DNA of 63,965 nt, counting the filler, from Jimgerdemannia flammicorona (lineage: Eukaryota), in NCBI GenBank assembly GCA_003990765.1. It is 2 parts of 2 records of this genome, joined end to end, with 100 filler letters (N's around TTAATTAATTAA, not from the genome) between each part and the next. Parts side by side here need not be neighbours in the genome. Positions count along the whole stretch, not along the records: positions 1 to 31,969 come from RBNJ01000369.1; 1 more part is not named here. One strand, given 5' to 3'. The position numbers and the translations under genes were made by a program. Below are positions 1 to 12,220 of the stretch, one piece after another. The number at the start of each line of letters is the position of its first letter. Positions within the stretch are counted from its first letter, which is position 1. The notes under the pieces were generated by a model, which was given only the letters and a program-made list of their open reading frames with translations, was not told the origin of the DNA and did not search any database.

Positions 1-31
<31 letters not shown>

Positions 32-164
32 ATGTCAGGAATAAAAATTCTTATATTATCAAGGTATATGTATTCATTTTGGATAGAAACATTCTTGTAT
101 ACCTTCTTTATAATATTACTTCCTTCTTTAAGGATTTGTTTGACAATTTTTTATATATTAGCAT

Positions 165-270
165 TGTTTGGATTACAAGTCATTATGTATCCACATGACT
201 TTACGCCAATTCGTTTACAAGCGCGTTACTTTGTATTATGAATAAATTGCTTCTTCTGTTCGTCACAACA
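165..270 (+). repeat. 5' LTR (106 bp) of copia element
   Basis: TGTTTGGATTACAAGTC...GAATAAATTGCTTCTTCTGTTCGTCACAACA; the last 51 bp are identical to the 3' copy; contains AATAAA. Confidence 0.92.
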
Positions 271-283
271 GGTTATGAGCCCC
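271..283 (+). promoter_or_regulatory. Primer-binding site of the copia/Ty5 type (internal half-tRNA-iMet priming)
   Basis: GGTTATGAGCCC abuts the LTR end and matches the PBS type of Drosophila copia and yeast Ty5, complementary to the anticodon arm of initiator tRNA-Met. Confidence 0.8.
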
Positions 284-381
284 GCTAGCGACTGAGTGGC
301 TATATAGCCCGGTTAGCGGATACCGGTTAGCAGCTAGAACTCCTCTAGTTTATACGCTACGCCGACAGCCAGAGCGCCAAG

Positions 382-1341
382 ATGGGCGTTTCTACAATGG
401 CCCCCCGGCAACGGAAAACGCAGTCCCGTTGTAAGAGAAGCCCGCTAATGGCGATACGAAGTCCTCCCCTGGTGGCAGACGATTACGACAAAGGCGCCCG
501 CCCAGGTGTCGAGGCAAATACGAAGTCCTCCCAGGCTGCAGGTGAAGTCCTCCCTGGTGTTCGAGGCAATTACGACAAGTCCTCCCAAGCAGTAGGCGAA
601 GTCCTCCCTGGTGTTCGAGGCAATTACGAAGCCCTCCCAAGTGGTCGAGGCACGAAGTCCTCCCTGGTGGCAGAGATGATTCTCCCAGCAAATACGACAA
701 CAGCGCCAACAGCGCGTGTACCGCCAACAACACCAATAGCGCGGATACCGCGAACACAGCAATATGGGCACCGCAAACGGGAATGGCACAACAGCCTCCG
801 TATACGCAACAACAATTACGCCCGGCGCGTTCAACATATGACGTCAACGATTACGGCAACAAGAAAGCCAGCTCGAGTTCAGACGTGGCAAACGAAGCCA
901 GCGCGGACAGTACCGGTAACCATACGGCCAGCAAAAAACGCGGCAAACGAGATCGGCGACACGGCCAGCAAAAACGCGGCAAACGAGATCAGCGACACGG
1001 CCAGCAATGAGGCGTGGACAACAACATCAATAGCGCGAGTACCGCCAACAACATCAGCAGCGCGGGTACCATCAACAACATCAGTAGCGCGAGTACCGCC
1101 AGGTCTGCCAGCGCGAGATCTACATATACGAGCAGTTCCACCGCCAAATCCATCAACTCGACATCTACGAATCCCGGTCGGCAAAACACTTTTACACCGA
1201 CGAAAAGGGGCAACAACCGTCAACGGCTCCAACGGCAACATCTTCGGGACAACAACATCCAGCGCAAACGGCGCAACAATCGGCGCAACATCCAGCGCAA
1301 GCAGCGCAAGCAGCGCAACAACCACCGTCAATGCCAGTTAA
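382..1341 (+). CDS. Gag-position ORF of the copia element, low-complexity and internally repetitive
   Basis: 319-aa ORF just downstream of the PBS, built from repeats (KSSQAxGEVLPGVRGNY x2, KNAANEIxDTAS x2, several ARVPPTT). No Gag motif recognised. Confidence 0.4.
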   Translation: MGVSTMAPRQRKTQSRCKRSPLMAIRSPPLVADDYDKGARPGVEANTKSSQAAGEVLPGVRGNYDKSSQAVGEVLPGVRGNYEALPSGRGTKSSLVAEMILPANTTTAPTARVPPTTPIARIPRTQQYGHRKREWHNSLRIRNNNYARRVQHMTSTITATRKPARVQTWQTKPARTVPVTIRPAKNAANEIGDTASKNAANEISDTASNEAWTTTSIARVPPTTSAARVPSTTSVARVPPGLPARDLHIRAVPPPNPSTRHLRIPVGKTLLHRRKGATTVNGSNGNIFGTTTSSANGATIGATSSASSASSATTTVNAS

Positions 1342-1461
1342 ACAACCTGCGACAAACCTAGATGACGGTGATATTCAACCGCCGAAAAGGCAACCGCCAA
1401 AAGAGCCGAAAAAGCAACTACCCAAACAACAACCGTCGACCACAGCGAATACGCCAACATA

Positions 1462-2761
1462 GCCGATGATAACGACTACATCTGGCTAATGGACTTCGGC
1501 ACAACACAGCATATGACGCCACACCGCGAATGGTTCAGCATATACAGGGAGTTCAAGGAACCGATCCCTATCGAACTGGGTGGTAACAACATTATATACG
1601 CCGAAGGGCAAGGAAACGTCAACATGGAACTCTGTGGGAACGTAGCCAATACGTCCATCACGCTATACGACGTCCTCTACGCTCCTGAACTGAAAAAGTA
1701 CCTCTTCTCTATGAGGCAAACGATTATGGCGCGCGGAAACAAGCAAATACGCTTACATTCTAAAGGCGCGACGATATACAACGGTCGAATGCGATTTATG
1801 ACGGCATCGAAACGAGGTAACCTTTACACGATCAACGGTGTACCCGTCCACCGACACGCCGTCCGCCAGCACACTATACGCCAGCACGCGAAAACGATAA
1901 CTACGTCGACCCCGAATGACATCCGTGTCTGGGCTAATTCGACAACTACGCCAAGCGACATCTACATCTGGTACGAACGACTTGGACGTATCCAGCAACC
2001 ACCACCGCATTTAGGAGCCAATTCGGGAGAACCGACGAAAAATGCTCCAGCTGGAAACGTCAGTTCGACATCTACGAAAGCACGGGAGACGACGTCAACG
2101 TCAAGTACACAACCTAGTACATCACCGAAAACGCGGCAACGAGCACCGCAACAAGCACCGCAGGCAGCGCCAGCAGCGCCAACTAAGCAATCTACGGCAA
2201 CTAAAGTCGACGAAGATGTCGACGATTTTTTCACAGCCGAAAGGGCAACAGCCGCCGAAAGAGCAACCGCCGAAAGGGCAACAATCGCTGCCGATGAGTT
2301 CTACATCCCAGCCAGCGCAAGTGCAGCAACCGGCGTCAACCGCATCCTCACCGCCATCCACATCTCCAGCGGTAAAGCAAAATTATTTTCAACCGCTATC
2401 CGAGCCTAGGATAACCGAGATTAAAGATGGCGAAGCCTCCGACGACGAGGAATTATCCCCGAAAGAGCAGGAACCGCCGAAGACACCCCGCCAAGAGCAC
2501 GTGAATCCCTCCAACGACAACAAGGAGTGGATAAGGATATGGGCGAATCTCTCAAAGGGAACGGCGCTTGAGAATGAGAATGGGTATATCAAAGGAACGC
2601 CGGACTATACGATCAACGGATTAAGCGGGAGCAGTATTCTTGTATCTGGCTCCTGCAACACCGATTGGGCCGGCGACATCTACGGCGGCGACCTCTACGA
2701 TGGTTATGACGAGTCTGAAGACGGGTCTGAATACTACGACGAGGACGTGGGCCTTTTTTGA
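1462..2761 (+). pseudogene. Truncated copia pol remnant (protease, gag-pre-integrase, RT end / RNase H start); integrase core and most of RT deleted
   Basis: WLMDFGTTQHMTPHREWF resembles copia protease W.lDSGas.HM. LYDVLYAPELKKYLFS is typical of copia pol. IWYERLGRI resembles pre-integrase WHxRLGH. YIKGT...GSCNTDWAGD resembles YLKGT...GYSDADWAGD and lies in a second frame. Confidence 0.85.
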
Positions 2762-3148
2762 ACATTGCGGGTAACACTACGCCAGCTTTTGGCGAAATCT
2801 AACATTGTTACGCCGATCTTTACGCGGGTGATCACGAGACATTTTTCAGGCTGTTAAAAGCCTCGTACCGCACATACATCTACGTTGGTTACATCCTTCA
2901 TCTACGAGTGGATTACGTGGATTACATACATTGCATTCTTCACTTATGGGTGGATATTTCGGGTATTTCAGAACACTTTTCGACCCTAGATGTAATTCTG
3001 GGTTACATGCAGTTCTAGTTTTTGCATGCGTTATGCATTGCTTTTTATTCTAGTTTGCATTTTATTGCAGGTTGCAATTCCTTTTTTTGGGTACATGTTG
3101 TATTCTTTTTTTTATTTGTTTTGACGTACATATCTCCTTGAGCGGGAG

Positions 3149-3239
3149 TGTTGGGATTACAAGTCGTTATGTATCCACAGCGCCTAAAAGCGCGTTACTT
3201 TGTATTATGAATAAATTGCTTCTTCTGTTCGTCACAACA
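3149..3239 (+). repeat. 3' LTR (91 bp) of copia element, preceded by PPT at 3140-3148
   Basis: TGTTGGGATTACAAGTC...GTCACAACA followed by TSD AGCAT. Confidence 0.92.
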
Positions 3240-5077
3240 AGCATCCTTGGTATACTCCTTGTCTTTCTTAAACAGGCTAGTAACAATATCACTGATTGTT
3301 GTGAGGTCATCCTTCTGAGTACTTTGGGAGAATACATCAGCTACTTTATTTTTAGTACTAGAAATGTGCTTGATTTTGACATCAAAGGATACAAGAATCT
3401 ATATTCATTGTACTTGTCTTTCTGTAAGAATTGAGTATATCTAAATATATATATTGAAGAGCTTGATGGTCTGTTCATAAGGTGAATTTCTTGTTGAAGA
3501 GAAAATATCTCCATATCTATAGAGATTGGATGATAGCAAGGAGTTCCTTGTCTTATATCATATAGTTCTTCTCATATTTATTAATTTTCTGAGATAGATA
3601 TGTGACTGGGTATTTATATTAAATTAGGATAGCTTTGATGCTAATATTTGAAATATCAGTAGTAACTACAAAGGGTTCTATAGAGTCTGGACTGATCAAG
3701 ATTGATGTGTCAGTCAGCATTCTCTTGAGAGTATTTATAACTATAGTATATTCTTCGAATCTTTGAATAAATATTCTATAGTATTTAGCTAATCTATTGA
3801 ATTCTTATAAAGACTTGAGAGTTTTCAGTATTGGCCAATTACAGATTTCTTCAGTTTTCTTTAGATCAATAGTAATACTATTTACTGAAATGATATATCT
3901 AAAGTATTTGATTTTCTTCTTAAAAAAATGATATTTTATCTTTCTTACTGAGAGCTTATTTTTATATAGTATATCAAAAACTATCTATTGTAATGGTGCT
4001 CCCAGAATGATGACATTAGTACAGGAGACAGTCTTTCCTTGTAAGCCACCAGATCAGAGTACAAGAAGATCATATGACATATGAGATGAGCAATGATGAC
4101 CAACTGTGAGTCATTGTGACCACAGTATAAGCATCCTGAGGAATATAAAAGAAGGATCAAGTAACTGCAGTAGCAGCAATCAACAAGACCCACTAATCTC
4201 AAAATAGCTCAAAGACTTACCACAAATGAAATACCTGCTGCTTGCCAAACCTCAAGATCAAGGAACTACCAAGGCATCTCAGTTGAAGAAAGGATGTTCC
4301 AAGACATCAGAAGAGCCATGAGGACCCACTCAAGAAGGACTCCTAGTGTCAACCTAGGTACTGGTGACCCTTATCACTATATTCTCTACTGCTGTGAAAT
4401 GGAAACAAGAATCACTATTGCTACTGAATGCCTCCAAATGTGGCAGGAATATGAAATAGGAAATCTCCTCTGCTGGGAGTTTTCACAGACCAGCACTCAA
4501 GAGCTATAAGATATCACTTCTATAGATATATGCAAAACAAAAGTAGCTAAGAAGATTCATCAGATCTTCAGGTATGCACCATGGTTGATCCCCAACTTGG
4601 AGTATGTTAGAGTCTCAGATTTCAGAGACCTATCATCCTGCTATATCAATGCACTAGAAGTAAGGGTGGCTACAGATGCCTAGTCCACTATTACCCTCAA
4701 TAGTGATGAAGTAGAAGACTTCTAGCACCCCATCCTCCAGGACAACCCAGACCAATTCCTACAAGGATTGATCTCAGTATTCCAAGGCCCAAGTATCTAG
4801 GTTAGACCTCTCCAAGACCCCACATTTGTTCTCTATTTTGTGGAAGAGAACCTCATAGACTAGAGAGTCCCAGATCTCCTTCTCACTGCTGAATGTGATG
4901 ATGTCATCAGCGATGACATCATCCATGCAATATATGTAAAACATATAACAAAGTATGCAAAGTATGTGAAATGTATGATAATGACAAATTCACAGACCTC
5001 ATCTCCTTCAAAGGCATCCTGACCTCTGATGATGAAGCCCCCATAGTTCTGAACATTCTGCTCTAAGTCCCTTAGTT

Positions 5078-5447
5078 ATACTGAATAATACCAGTACTGG
5101 CATTCTGATATAATACTGAATAATACTAGTACTGATATTCTGATGTAACACTGAATAATGCCAGCACTAGTATTCTGATGTAACACTAAATAATGCCAGC
5201 ACTGGTATTCTGATATAACACTGAATAATACCAGCACCAGCATTCTGATGTAATACTGAATAATGCCAGCACCAGCATTCTGATATAATACTGAATAATA
5301 CCAGCACTAGCACTCTAATGTAATACTGAATAATGCCAGCACCAGTATTCTGATGTAATACTGAATAATGCCAGCACTGGCATTCTGAAATAATACTGAA
5401 TAATACCAATACTGATATTCTGATATAATACTGAATTATACCAGCAT
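5078..5447. repeat. 35-bp tandem minisatellite, about 10.5 copies
   Basis: CTGAATAAT (or a one-base variant) recurs at 5081, 5116, 5151, 5186, 5221 ... 5431. Consensus is approximately CTGAATAATGCCAGCACTGGCATTCTGATGTAATA. Confidence 0.95.
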
Positions 5448-5931
5448 CCTGAACCTGTACAATCATCAGTACTGACCCTGGAACTTAGCAGTTTTTCCTG
5501 TCCTGGTATTTTATTTTAGTTATTGGAATTTATATTTAGCTTTATATCTTAGCAACCATCGAATTATATTTTGTATAAATACTCCTCTTATTTCTTCTGA
5601 AATAAAGTCAGTTCCAGTTCACTTATATACAATCTCTTGCAAGCAATCTAAGAGATAACAAGACAGTTAAAGATAAGAAGTTTGAGGACTATAAGATCTT
5701 AGGAAGGCACACTAATAAGAACTTACTTATAACAAACTTGAGTTAGTCTAAGAGATACACCTTGAAGAGAATCTGGCATATTTGAAGGACTCAGCAACTA
5801 CTACATAACAACTTGGTGCCCATTAGCTAGTAGATTCAAGATGAATCTCTCACTTTCAAGCTAAAAAATGAACAACCCCCACAACAACTACTCTGACTAT
5901 AAGAGTCACCTCTGCAAAAATTTAAGACAAG

Positions 5932-6420
5932 ATGGAAATATGCCCCCCCACATTTTATAGATATACTACTGAAGAGTCAATCCTGACCTTCATTGAAGAC
6001 TTTGAACAATTCGCCACCATACAAGCCCTTGGTGTAGATGCACAATTGGCCCTTCTACTAGTCAGCCTCAGAGAACCTACCAGAGACAAGTTCAATGTAG
6101 CTACTATTGCTAATAATAGTGCAGCCAAACTTGTCAATATGAAGACCTTCCTTAGAACAACATACTATACTGAAGAAATCAAGCAAGCTCTCAAGGATCA
6201 ACTCAATACTATCTGCCAGAGATCTCAACTTATTCTATACCCAAATCTGCCACCAGATTGTCTTGACTGGCTATGATGATGCTCTCAAGGAACAAATAGT
6301 GGATTCAACCTTCCTCAAAGGAGTTCACCCTGAAATTGCCCTAGCAATCTGGTCTACCCCAGCTGCACTGATCCTTGATCAGAAAGTGGTCTTTATATAG
6401 ATATATTAAACTATCAGACA
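5932..6420 (+). pseudogene. Degenerate Ty3/gypsy gag-like region
   Basis: PPTF...EESILTFIEDFEQFA...QLALLLVSLREPTRDKF...KTFLRTTY resembles a retrotransposon capsid N-terminus. The downstream FLKGVHPEIA-like segment follows a frame break. Confidence 0.6.
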
Positions 6421-6481
6421 CTCTGCTGAACACTCAATGGAGAAAATAACTGGCATCAAGATGGAGCCATCAAAGTCAACC

Positions 6482-8645
6482 GGCCAAAACCCCAACATAT
6501 ATATAAGGCTATACCTGAGCCAAATAGAATAGCCTCTGCCACCTTAAGTAGAAATAATAGGTAAATAAAAAACTAGTTCCTTTCTCTGCTACCTTATCAG
6601 TTATAATAGTTTAGTAGACAATCTTCTAAGTCCACTTTTCACAACTAATATCCTCTCTATCTTAGGTTAGTTAACTATACCTATTATAAGATAGTGGAAG
6701 GGAGGCAATAGTGATAAGTTACTCCTTTATTGGTATCAGATTTGTGTCTTCTCTACTTTTTCATAGTTTCTGGTATCTTTAGCTATATCTGTAGTATACT
6801 TATTTTAGTATAGTGCCTTCTTCCTTTTGCTGTCACCAATAAGGTATCATCTTGATATATTATGGGTTATATAGGGAGTTGGCCAACCTTGGGCATCAAG
6901 TGTCTAGTATAGGTTATCTGCAGATTCTCAGTATCTATGGTTTGGCTCTCTGGCTTTAAAAAGCTTCCTGGCAAGTGTGGTTCTGGTATAGGTGGCTGTT
7001 TTTTGGGTAATATTGGGTTAGAAGAGGAGATGGCTATCACAGATAAGAGTAAGGGTGATAATGGTAGACCAGTAGAGTACTAGACTGGGGGTGGTCATTG
7101 GGACTATAGTGAGTACTGCTTCAGTGGGGTCTTTTAATTGATACAGGACAGTTAGGTGGTAGGTATTACTCTTGACTACTTTTGGTAATTTGTAGAGTTG
7201 AACTCTAGTCATTAAAGATGACTGGGGGGCCCAAGGCTACCTATGTCAGGTGTCTTAACTATACTCAATTAGAACTGGAAGCTGATGTAGCAATATGATC
7301 AAAATCTATAGACTTGAGTAGTGGAGTATTGGGGGTCTCCTTCTACCTTATGTATAAGTTCTCTACTTATCTCACTTAGAAGAATCAGGTCCTATCCACT
7401 ATTCTGTATCTTGAGGAGAGTATTTTTCTTTATCTGTCTTTTCTACTTAGAGTAACAGGGGCTATTCTATTTGGCTCAGATATGGTCTTGTACATATGTT
7501 GGAGTTTTGGGCATGCACTTTTGGTCATTGGTGTATGACTGAGTTCCCCCTAGTGGTAGAGAGAACATGGTGTATAGAATGAGGTATAGGCCACTATAGG
7601 TTCTGCTACACCCAGCATGATCAAGCTGTTAGATAATAGCTAGCCTAGATTTAATAGGAGAGCAATGCTGAGTGGGTAGTGGGGGAGGGTTGTGGCCTAT
7701 ATAGTCTAGGTTCTCTTCTAATAAAAATCCATGAGACTCTGAGTCTATAAAATAAAACAAAAAATAAAAAACAAAAAACAAAAAACAAAAAACAAAAAAC
7801 AAAGAAAAAATCCTCCTCAAGGTACAGAACAGTAGATAGGGCCTAGTTCTCTCAAGCAAGATGAGTAGAGGACCAGGAGGAGACCCCCAATACCCCACTA
7901 CTCAAGCCTACAGATCTTGATCATATTGCTATATCAGCTCTTGGTTTTAGTTGAGTACAGCCAAGATATCTGACATGGGTAGCCTCAGACCCCCCAGTTA
8001 CTCTTAATGATCAGGACCCAATCCTATGAATTACCAAAAGTAGCCAAGAGTGATACCTACTACCTAACTACTCCACACTAATCAAAAGGCCTTACTGAAG
8101 TAGTATCCACCTCAGCCCCAATAACTATCTCCAGTCTGGCACCCTACTGGTCTACTATTATCACCCTTCCTTCTATCTGTGATGACCATATCTTCTCTCA
8201 TCCTGACATCACCTGGAAAACAGTCACCTATGCCAGAACTGTGCTTATAGAGAAGCTCACTAAAGCCAGAGAGTCTCACTATAGATACTAAGAACCTATA
8301 GGTAACCTATACTGAGCACTTGATACCCAAGGTTAGCTGACTCCCTATGTAATTTGTAATACATACACTGAGATGATACCTTATTAGTAATAACAAAAGG
8401 AAGAAGGCACTGTACTAAAACAAGTATACTCCAGATGTAGCTGAAGGTACTAGAAACTGCAAAAAAGTAGAGAAGACACTGATCTGATACCGATAAAGAG
8501 GTAAATTATCTCCATTATCTCTCTTCTACTGCTCTGCAATAGATACAGCAAACCAACCCAAGGTAGAGGGGGTATTAGATGTGGAAAGTGGACTCAGAAG
8601 GTTGCTTACCAAATTATTGTAACTAGTAAGATAGTAGAAAAAGAG
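6482..8645. repeat. Two diverged copies of a ~1-kb repeat, one nested in inverted orientation inside the other
   Basis: 6482-6554 matches the reverse complement of 7438-7512. About 6575-7440 matches the reverse complement of about 7795-8645. Confidence 0.85.
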
Positions 8646-9167
8646 GTAAGATAAGAAGTTATATCATAAATCTGATATACTTATTTGACTATGTTATTTT
8701 ACTTTTGATCTTCTTCTCTTCTAATAAGATAAGATAAAGGTAGTGTTTTTTTTGACCAGATGGGCAATTGCTATTTCTTGTCCTTTCTCAGTCTTATTGT
8801 ACTAAATTTATTTATTATATTACAATTTTTTACTAAATAGATGATTTTTCCCAATAATATTCTTAGAGATAGCATTAGTAGTATATTCATATAATTCAGA
8901 ATATGTTCTGGTTGAGTTTATTAGCTCTGAGTTTTGTTCAGAAACCATATCTTGAGCTTATCTAAGGGCAGTATCAATTTATTGAAGTATTTATTGACTT
9001 TGTTAGTCTGTTTGACTTTCTTTAAAAGTTACTATTACTTTTGGTACTTGGTATTTTGTTTGGCACTAATAGTGGTTTTGTTTTACCAAGATTTATTCTC
9101 TATCATCAGAGAACTCTTCATAAATGAACCACTAGCCTTTCTGGAAGATAGTGATGATGATGAAGAA

Positions 9168-9555
9168 ATCAAAGTCAAGATTCAGAAAATTCATCTTGAT
9201 GCCATCTTTCCAGAATATATATAAGTCAGAGAATATAGCTAGAATAGATATCACTATAGTAAAAGAAACTATACTTAAGTCCTAGATAACTACCCTACTT
9301 GTAACTAATCTAGAGATAACTATTTCAAAAGACTATATCAGAATTCTTAAGACAAGAAGTAGTCTGACTAAGAGTGAGATTAAAATTAAAGAAGGAGTCA
9401 TTGATTCAGATTATATTAGAGAGTTACTACTCATTGCTAGGAATTATAACTGTTTGGTACAGATGTTGATCTTTTTAGTTCTTCAGCCAAAAATCATAGA
9501 AGTCAAGAAGTTAAAAAAACAGAAAGAGAGAAGAAAGAATTTGGATCCACAGAAA
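9168..9555 (+). pseudogene. dUTPase domain (degenerate) within the gypsy element, upstream of RT
   Basis: Reading across frameshifts gives IKVKIQKIHLDAIFP..KSENIARIDI (motif 1, cf. GSxxAAGYDL), RSSL (motif 2, RSGL), EGVIDSDYIRELLLIARN (motif 3, GVIDSDYRGE), LVQMLI (motif 4) and TEREKKEFGSTE (motif 5, RGxGGFGSTG). Confidence 0.85.
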
Positions 9556-9719
9556 GAGGAGTACTTACTAGTACTACATAAGATTACTAAAATAGATCAC
9601 AAGAAGGAGGAAACTACAATAAGTATAGCTATACTATTAGAGATAAATTTCCACTCAAGAAGGAACTCAAGAAGATATTCTATAAATTTAAGCCACAGAC
9701 TTCAAAGATATTAAGAGAA

Positions 9720-12220
9720 AGACTCTATACTACTATTATGATATAGATATAGAGGACACCAAACCAATCTATCAAAAAGTAAGACCAATACTACCAGTCT
9801 AATCAAGTAGATGGAAGAAGTCAGTATTATTAAAGAAGCCAGCAGCCCTTGGGCTTCACCAGTTGTACTAGCCTCAAAAAAAGAAAGCAAGCCAGGAGAA
9901 TTCACCCTAAGGCTCTGCACTAATTACAGAAAGCTCAACCTGGTTACCAAGAAGAATTACCAGCTACTATCTCTCATTAGTAATATCCTTGTAATCTTAA
10001 GAGACAAAGTACAGCACTATAGTATCTTGGACATCTATATATTCAGGATTCTATCAAATCAGTCTCACAGAAGTAACAAGTGAGAAGTCAGCCTTCATTA
10101 CTCCAATATTTACCTATAAATATCATTCAGAATAACAATATATCAATAAGCTTTAGTGAATGATGAATAAAATCTTCCACTATAATATAAGAAGATAAAT
10201 AATGATCTATATAAATGATTATATCATTTATAGCAAGATAGCTAAAGAATATCTGTAGTATATCTAGCAGATAATAGAGAAACTAAGATAGTATGGCTTA
10301 TACATTAAGCTAAAGAAATATAAATTTGCAGAAATCAAAATCTCCTACCTTGGCTATATCATCAACTGAGATGGAATACATATAGACCCTCTTAAGATTC
10401 AGGTAGTAGTAGCATACCCAAGGCCCACTACTGTCACTGAAGCCCAAGCCTTCATAGAACTTATCTCATACTACTGCAGATTTATCAAAGGATTCTCTAA
10501 TATTGCTGGCTCAATCTATAAACTTAACAAGAAGAATGTCAAGTTTTAATAGACTGGTAGATAACAGAAAGTATTGAGTGAGCTTAAGATCAGGCTGATC
10601 CAAGCACCTATCTCCAGAAGATCAGATTGGACTCAGGAATTTATCCTGTAGACAGATGCAAGTGTACAAAGACTAAGAGCAGTCTTGGTTCAGAGGAAAG
10701 ACAAAGTAGAGTATATTGTTACATATCTTAGTTAAGAAACTCAAGAAGCTGAAAAAGAGTATGAATCCTATAAGTTAGAATATCTTGCAGTCATCTAGAC
10801 TATATTGAAATTTCATTACTACTATACTGAAAGATACTTCACTATCCAGATAGATCATTTAGCTCTTACCTAATAACTGACCACTGGACAACCTAAAGAA
10901 ATCTATGCCAGATGGATTATGAAGTTGCAAGCCTGTGATGTAACCATTATGCACTACTCCAGAAGAACTAATACCAATATAGATACCCTTTCACAGATAT
11001 CCTAAAGGATCTCCAACCAGCAAATCAACTATGAATAAGGAACTCTACTATAGAATTATCACTTATCTAGGATAGTGAAAGATACTCCAACATCTGGAAG
11101 AATGGATATAAATGATTATCAATAGAATATGGAAGCAATTTGAGACTGATGGAAAAATACTAAAAAAGAGAAAGCTACTAGTTATACCCAAATATAAGAA
11201 GGAGTAAGTAATGAAATAAATATACTTTGGCTATCTAGAAGGAATAAATATATATGATAAAGTATGAAAAACAATATAGTGGCCAGGAATAGAGAAAGAT
11301 ATTAGATAATTTGTCAATATCTATGACAAATATCAGAAACAGAAACAAGACCAACAAAATCAAAATTCTGAATCAGTACACATAGAACCAATATTTTTTG
11401 CATATATTATAATGGATGTAATTAACTCTCTACTCTTAACTTTGACTGGCAACCAATATATTATTATTATTATAGACCTTTTCATAAAATAGATAGAGAC
11501 AGAACTTCTCAAAAAAGCCAATGTATAGTCAATTGCTAATTTCTTTTACAAAGAAATCATCTGTTGATTTAAGACCTCATTGCAAGTAACTACAGATAGA
11601 GAAACAGAATTTGTGAATCAGTTCTTTAAGGTTCTCTATAAGTAAAAGATATAGTATATTTAAACTACAGCCTATTATCCTCAGGAAAATAAATAAGCAG
11701 AAAGGATCAACAAGACTCTCAAGAATATCATCACCAAGATCTGTAATAATTATGAAAACTGAAATTACTATCTGCCAATAATATTATCTACTCTCTGGGA
11801 TATCTGATTACAAAGTACCTATTTTATCTCTCAAGAGATACTGTTTAGAGAAGAAAGTTCTCAAGAAATCTTATTATCTAATAGAGATACTATATAGAAA
11901 TGTGTGGATATAGAGATATAGAAACTATACCAAATTAGGAAGAAGACTGAGGATTATACATATAATCAAGGCTCAGACACTATAACAGAATAATGCAGAA
12001 AAGATTTACAAGTCTCTGGAGATTATCAAAATAGGAGACAAAGTTCTGATATATTGGAATATAATAGAAGCTTTATGGTCATAAAAGCTAGAGCCTAAAT
12101 GAGAAGGACCTTACTTAGTGCAAACTATAAAAGAAACTACCTTTTGGTTACAAAAACTCTCAGATACAATCATACTCACTACTATTTACTAAAACTGACT
12201 CAAGAAGTATTATAGCTAAT
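9720..12220 (+). pseudogene. Degenerate Ty3/gypsy pol: reverse transcriptase, RNase H, integrase
   Basis: DIEDTKPIYQK; SSPWASPVVLASKK...LRLCTNYRKLN (RT); TDASVQRLRAVLVQ (RNase H); TDRETEFVN and TAYYPQ...ERINKTLK (integrase); GPYLV near 12,105. The RT-RH-IN order is gypsy-type; many stops. Confidence 0.92.

Larger units (their letters stand above)
165..3239 (+). mobile_element. Non-autonomous (internally deleted) Ty1/copia LTR retrotransposon with very short LTRs
   Basis: Direct TG...CA repeats at 165-270 and 3149-3239. The same 5-bp flank AGCAT lies at 160-164 and 3240-3244 (TSD). PBS GGTTATGAGCCC follows the 5' LTR and purine tract GAGCGGGAG precedes the 3' LTR. Copia protease, pre-integrase and RNase H-like motif remnants lie inside. 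Confidence 0.92.

Noticed and set aside
3245..5040. Possible further retroelement fragments (a Cys/His cluster near 4385-4430)
   Set aside because: Too degenerate to assign a domain or strand; kept only as part of the relic block.
5078..5447. CRISPR-like array (35-bp periodic, palindromic unit)
   Set aside because: Units are head-to-tail with no unique spacers, there are no cas genes, and the context is eukaryotic.
8934..9165. Env-like transmembrane ORF in the gypsy element
   Set aside because: The hydrophobicity is explained by T-rich mutated DNA, and only the downstream dUTPase part has motif support.
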